Translations under genes and position numbers: made by a program
Assembly (NCBI GenBank): GCA_965215005.1
Contig: CBDCCZ010000038.1
Location: 32,001 to 96,000, forward strand
Direction: 5' to 3'
DNA: 64,000 nucleotides
Source of the DNA: Kofleriaceae bacterium
GTDB taxonomy: Bacteria; Myxococcota_A; Polyangia; Haliangiales; Haliangiaceae
Notes under the pieces: generated by a model
The model's input: the letters and a program-made list of their open reading frames with translations, nothing else
What the model was told of the DNA's origin: nothing
Database searches by the model: none
In this document: positions 59,939 through 64,000 of the stretch, one piece after another
Numbering within the stretch: the first letter of the stretch is position 1
Layout of the letters: each line of letters opens with the position of its first letter

Positions 59939-60751
59939 CTACAGTATTCCGCGCCGCTCTTGATAGAGGCGCAGGATATCAGCCGCGGTTTCTTCGACGG
60001 CCTTGTTGGTGACATCGATGACCGGCCACCTGGGGTGTGCTCGAAAGATGCCGCGCGAGTAGTTGATCTCATTCTCGATGTGCGCACGAGCGCCATAGCT
60101 CGAGTCGCTCGGCATTCCCAAGTGCTTGAGACGTGCTTGGCGGATGCGCATCAGCGTATCGGCGCTGATGATAAGTCCATAGACCTTGTCATCCTCGACC
60201 TCGCCTAGCTCCTTGGGAGGCTCGATCCCGAGCACGAGCGGCACGTTGGCCACCTTGAGCCCGCGCTGCGCCAGGTAGGTGGACAGCGGTGTTTTCGAGG
60301 TCCGCGAGATGCCGACCAGCACCAGATCCGCTTTTGGCAAATTGCGCGGCTCGGCGCCATCGTCATTCTTGACTGCGAACTCGACCGCTTCCATGCGGCG
60401 GAAGTAATCATCGCTGAGGCGATGGAGCAGGCCAGGAACTCCCGATGGAGTTGCTTGCAAGAAACCGGCGAGCTTGCCAATCAGCGCGCCGATCAGGTCG
60501 ATCGCTTCGACGTTGTGGCGCTCGATCTGATCGAGTAGCAGCTCACGAGCATCCTGATTGACCATGGTGAAGACGACCAACGCGCGCAGCTCGGCGGCGC
60601 GTTCGATGATTCGCTCAACCTCCGCCTCGAGGCGCACGCGTGAATAGGTTCGGATGCTCACCGGCGTGTCGCTGAACTGCAACGTGGCGGCGCGAACCAT
60701 GCGTTCGGCGGTTTCACCGGTAGCGTCGCTGATGACTATCACCGTCTTCAT
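59939..60751 (-). CDS. Pyruvate,phosphate/water dikinase regulatory protein (DUF299 kinase/pyrophosphorylase)
   Basis: ISDATGETA, YFRRMEAVEFAVKNDDG, GISRTSKTPLS, ANVPL, AVEETA. Confidence 0.93.
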   Translation of the reverse strand: MKTVIVISDATGETAERMVRAATLQFSDTPVSIRTYSRVRLEAEVERIIERAAELRALVVFTMVNQDARELLLDQIERHNVEAIDLIGALIGKLAGFLQATPSGVPGLLHRLSDDYFRRMEAVEFAVKNDDGAEPRNLPKADLVLVGISRTSKTPLSTYLAQRGLKVANVPLVLGIEPPKELGEVEDDKVYGLIISADTLMRIRQARLKHLGMPSDSSYGARAHIENEINYSRGIFRAHPRWPVIDVTNKAVEETAADILRLYQERRGIL

Positions 60752-60764
60752 GACGCGCTCGAGT

Positions 60765-62075
60765 CTATCTCAGAACCGGCAGCCGCGCCTGCTTACGGCT
60801 CGCACCGCCGGCATCTGCAGGCTGCTCACGCTGCCAATCGATCACCCTTGGGCATTCGGGATCGGGGGCGTGCTCATCGCCGAGCACGTGCGCCGAGACC
60901 ACCTTGCAGCCGCCACGACAAAGATCGTGATAGGAGCAGCTTGCACAGGGCTCGGCTGCATCGTGCCAGCGGCGAAACGCGCCGAAGGCTTCTTGCCGCC
61001 CCCAATAGTCGCGCAGCCGATCGACCGTGGGCCGCTCACGCGGCGCATGCGCAAAGCTGCACGCCGTGACCAGCCCGGAGGCTTTGGCGCCGATCAAAAA
61101 GTCGCCGCCGGTGCAGCCATACACCGCCAACTTGGCGAGCAGGGCGCGGTCCGGCTGGTGGTGAGCGAGCATCGGCGTGTACGAACAATCGACGCGGGTT
61201 CGAATGCGATGATGGCGTGCCGCGGCCAGCACGGTGGGCAAAAACGCGCGATGTTGGGCATCGCTGCAGGTGTGCTCGACGAATGCTCGAGCGCCGCGTC
61301 CCGCCGGCTTGAAGCGCAGTAGCTCGATTTCGCTGAGGCGCTTCTTTCGCGCATAGGCAAACAGCGCATCGAGCTCGCCAAAGTTATGGCGGGTCACGAC
61401 CACGTTGATACCGATCTCGCGCTTGACTGCTCGCAATGCGGTGATCGCTTTATCGGCGCGATCGAACCCGTCAAAACCGCGAACCGCCGCGTAGGTTGGG
61501 CCGAGTCCGTCGAGCGAGACGTTGATCTGTCCGAACAGCTCGGCGATGGGAAGCAATCGCTGCAGGCCGCTCAACCCGCTGGTCGTGAGGTTGGGAACCA
61601 GCCCGCGACTGCGCGCGTGCGCGGCTACTTCACCGAGCCACGGCAGGTCGGCGCTTTCACCGCCACCGAGCGCGAGATGAAAGACTCCCATCGCTGCCAG
61701 CTCATCGATCGCACGCTTCCAATCGCTAGCGCCCCACTCGTTTTTGCTGCCGCCTGGCGTCGCTCCGGTGTAGCAGCCTTGGCAGCCGGCATCGCAGCGA
61801 TTGGTGAGCTGAAGGTGCGCTTCGAGCGGTGCCGCCAACACCGCGCGCCCCACCGCGCCGTCATCAGCGGGATCGTTCCACAGCGAATCGCCCGGGCTAG
61901 GCCGTAATCCGAGCGAGCGCGCGTACGTGCGATCGACGAACACCAAGGCACGCGGCCATGCCAGCTGAACGATGGCGCCAAACGGCTCGATCCGCGCTCG
62001 TCGCGCGCCGTCGCCGGCAAGCCGCCGCGCTTGATCAATCCAGCGCGTGGCGCGACGTTTGATCCGCTCGAGCAT
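60765..62075 (-). CDS. Radical SAM/SPASM domain protein
   Basis: CDAGCQGC (CX3CX2C), GGGE, TTSG, VSLDG; SPASM C-TGG...CSF...CASC.....CRGGC...DPEC. Confidence 0.92.
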   Translation of the reverse strand: MLERIKRRATRWIDQARRLAGDGARRARIEPFGAIVQLAWPRALVFVDRTYARSLGLRPSPGDSLWNDPADDGAVGRAVLAAPLEAHLQLTNRCDAGCQGCYTGATPGGSKNEWGASDWKRAIDELAAMGVFHLALGGGESADLPWLGEVAAHARSRGLVPNLTTSGLSGLQRLLPIAELFGQINVSLDGLGPTYAAVRGFDGFDRADKAITALRAVKREIGINVVVTRHNFGELDALFAYARKKRLSEIELLRFKPAGRGARAFVEHTCSDAQHRAFLPTVLAAARHHRIRTRVDCSYTPMLAHHQPDRALLAKLAVYGCTGGDFLIGAKASGLVTACSFAHAPRERPTVDRLRDYWGRQEAFGAFRRWHDAAEPCASCSYHDLCRGGCKVVSAHVLGDEHAPDPECPRVIDWQREQPADAGGASRKQARLPVLR

Positions 62076-62256
62076 CGATGGAGGCCTCGAGAGCAGGCTT
62101 TCGCCAGCGCACCAGCGCCGCGATGATCGGCGTTGCCATCGACAGCGTCGCTGCGCCAAAGAGGAGAAACGTGACGTCCACGCCCAGACTCGATGAGTTG
62201 GGGTTTAGCCCCCACTTCACCGCGAGAATGCGACCGCGTGGTTTGCGTCCAAACAT
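62035..62256 (-). CDS. 73-aa peptide with NPNSSS motif and one TM helix; candidate radical SAM substrate
   Basis: Starts 4 bp after the upstream stop and overlaps the rSAM start; fills the operon gap. Confidence 0.65.
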   Translation of the reverse strand: MFGRKPRGRILAVKWGLNPNSSSLGVDVTFLLFGAATLSMATPIIAALVRWRKPALEASIDARADQTSRHALD

Positions 62257-62260
62257 GAGT

Positions 62261-63427
62261 TCAAGCGGGTCCGAAGCGAACGGTATCGAGAACTAGATCC
62301 ACTAGCTGCGCGCGATACAGCGCAATATAGCAGAGGGCGAGCACCGCGACGAACGCCGTGACGATGTGTGCCAGCGACCGCGCTCGCCGCGGCGGTTTCC
62401 CGGCGGCCAACGCTGCGCCGCTGAGCCAGGTGATCGCCAGCCCGCCGACCGCGATGGTGGCAACGGCGGGTCCGGCGGCGAAGTAGTCACTGTACGCCGC
62501 GAACATGAGTAGCGCGAGCCCTGGCGCGAGATAGACGACCTCGATGGGAGGGACTACCAGCGCTCGCAACGACTGTTGCAGCGTGCGCGTGGTTGCGGCC
62601 AGCGAAGCCAGAAAACCAGCCGCGGTGAGAATGAGAAGCGCGAGCGCTGCTACGTACAGCCGATGACGCCGGCGCTCGCTTTGAGCGTGACTGAGCGCAT
62701 CGTGCTGAGTTTGGCGTCGCGACGGCTCCGTGCCCACCGGCAAGGCTCGATATTCGGCTATTGCAGTGTCGAAGTCGCCAAGCGCCAACGCTGCGTCGGC
62801 GCCACCTAGCTGCGCTTCGTAGCGCTCTTTGGAATCGGGCCAGCGCCGCACCACCTCGCGGAACCAACGCCGCGCCAGCGCCGGCTGCGAACGGCGCGTG
62901 TGAAGGTTGGCCAACCACAGCGCCACCGCCGGTAATCCCGACCAGGTGCTGTACTCGGCGATCAGCGCTTCGGCCATACGCTGCGACTGCACCTCGCTGC
63001 GCTCGCCATAGCCCATGCGCAGCTCGTTCCAGCGAGCGATCGCGGCGGTGTCCTCGCCAAGCGGACCGAGCTGCGCGCGCAGCGCCTCGGCTCTCTGCTG
63101 GGCTGCCAAGGCCACTCGACTGCGAGGAAAACGCGCGAGCAGCTGCTCATAGAGCGCCAGCCCCTGCGTTGGCTCACCGAGCCGCTCGACACGCAACTCT
63201 GCGGCGCTAAACAGCGCATCTGCCGCCAGCGCCGGCTGCGCGAGCGCATCCTGAGCGACCGCTTCGTATGCCTCGGTTGCCTCGCGCCAGCGAGCTGCCG
63301 CCATTGCCTCGGCTGCGGCGGCGAACCGTTCTTGCACCTGGGCCTTGCTGCTTGGCACGTCGGCGCGCGCGGATGGCTGCAGCGCCATTAGCGCCATCAG
63401 CACCATCATCGCTGCGATCGCTTGCAT
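62261..63427 (-). CDS. TPR-like exported domain with C-terminal multi-TM region
   Basis: Signal peptide, BamD/YbgF-like repeats (LLARFPRS, VVRRWPDS), four C-terminal hydrophobic helices. Confidence 0.75.
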   Translation of the reverse strand: MQAIAAMMVLMALMALQPSARADVPSSKAQVQERFAAAAEAMAAARWREATEAYEAVAQDALAQPALAADALFSAAELRVERLGEPTQGLALYEQLLARFPRSRVALAAQQRAEALRAQLGPLGEDTAAIARWNELRMGYGERSEVQSQRMAEALIAEYSTWSGLPAVALWLANLHTRRSQPALARRWFREVVRRWPDSKERYEAQLGGADAALALGDFDTAIAEYRALPVGTEPSRRQTQHDALSHAQSERRRHRLYVAALALLILTAAGFLASLAATTRTLQQSLRALVVPPIEVVYLAPGLALLMFAAYSDYFAAGPAVATIAVGGLAITWLSGAALAAGKPPRRARSLAHIVTAFVAVLALCYIALYRAQLVDLVLDTVRFGPA

Positions 63428-63435
63428 GGCGCTCG

Positions 63436-64000
<565 letters not shown>

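Noticed and set aside
60765..62256. Mycofactocin or PQQ cluster
   Set aside because: The peptide lacks MftA/PqqA motifs and no mftD-F or pqqB/C genes are present

Overview
A 64 kb, GC-rich (roughly two-thirds GC by eye), gene-dense chromosomal window. Several Hanks-type Ser/Thr kinases, FHA- and REC-sigma54 activators, PilZ/DUF4388/MshEN-like proteins and Cys-rich lipoproteins suggest a myxobacterium (Myxococcota); this is inference. Most genes are housekeeping or signalling: peptide ABC permeases, dtd, korAB, tRNA-Arg(CCG), tatBC, PBP1A, pspA, uppS-cdsA, an M1 aminopeptidase, gshB, add, a cystathionine lyase and a PPDK regulatory protein. I saw no transposase, integrase, phage genes or CRISPR array. 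Main signals: (1) a ~151-156 bp CTAG-bounded structured repeat family at six intergenic loci, with compensatory base changes and one-strand G.T wobbles, including a 3.4-unit tandem array; (2) a candidate RiPP-like unit at about 60.8-62.3 kb, where a 73-aa NPNSSS peptide overlaps a radical SAM/SPASM gene with an MftB/RRE-like N-terminus; (3) unusual architectures: a 7TM sensor fused to a Ser/Thr kinase, OppA with an SH3-like insert, a pseudoREC-PilZ-STAS-Zn protein, a Cys-extended ECF sigma factor, a pseudokinase and a PHM/DBH-like copper monooxygenase; (4) an in-frame stop in oppC and an Omp85-like gene remnant. All calls come from motif recognition by eye; no database searches were run.
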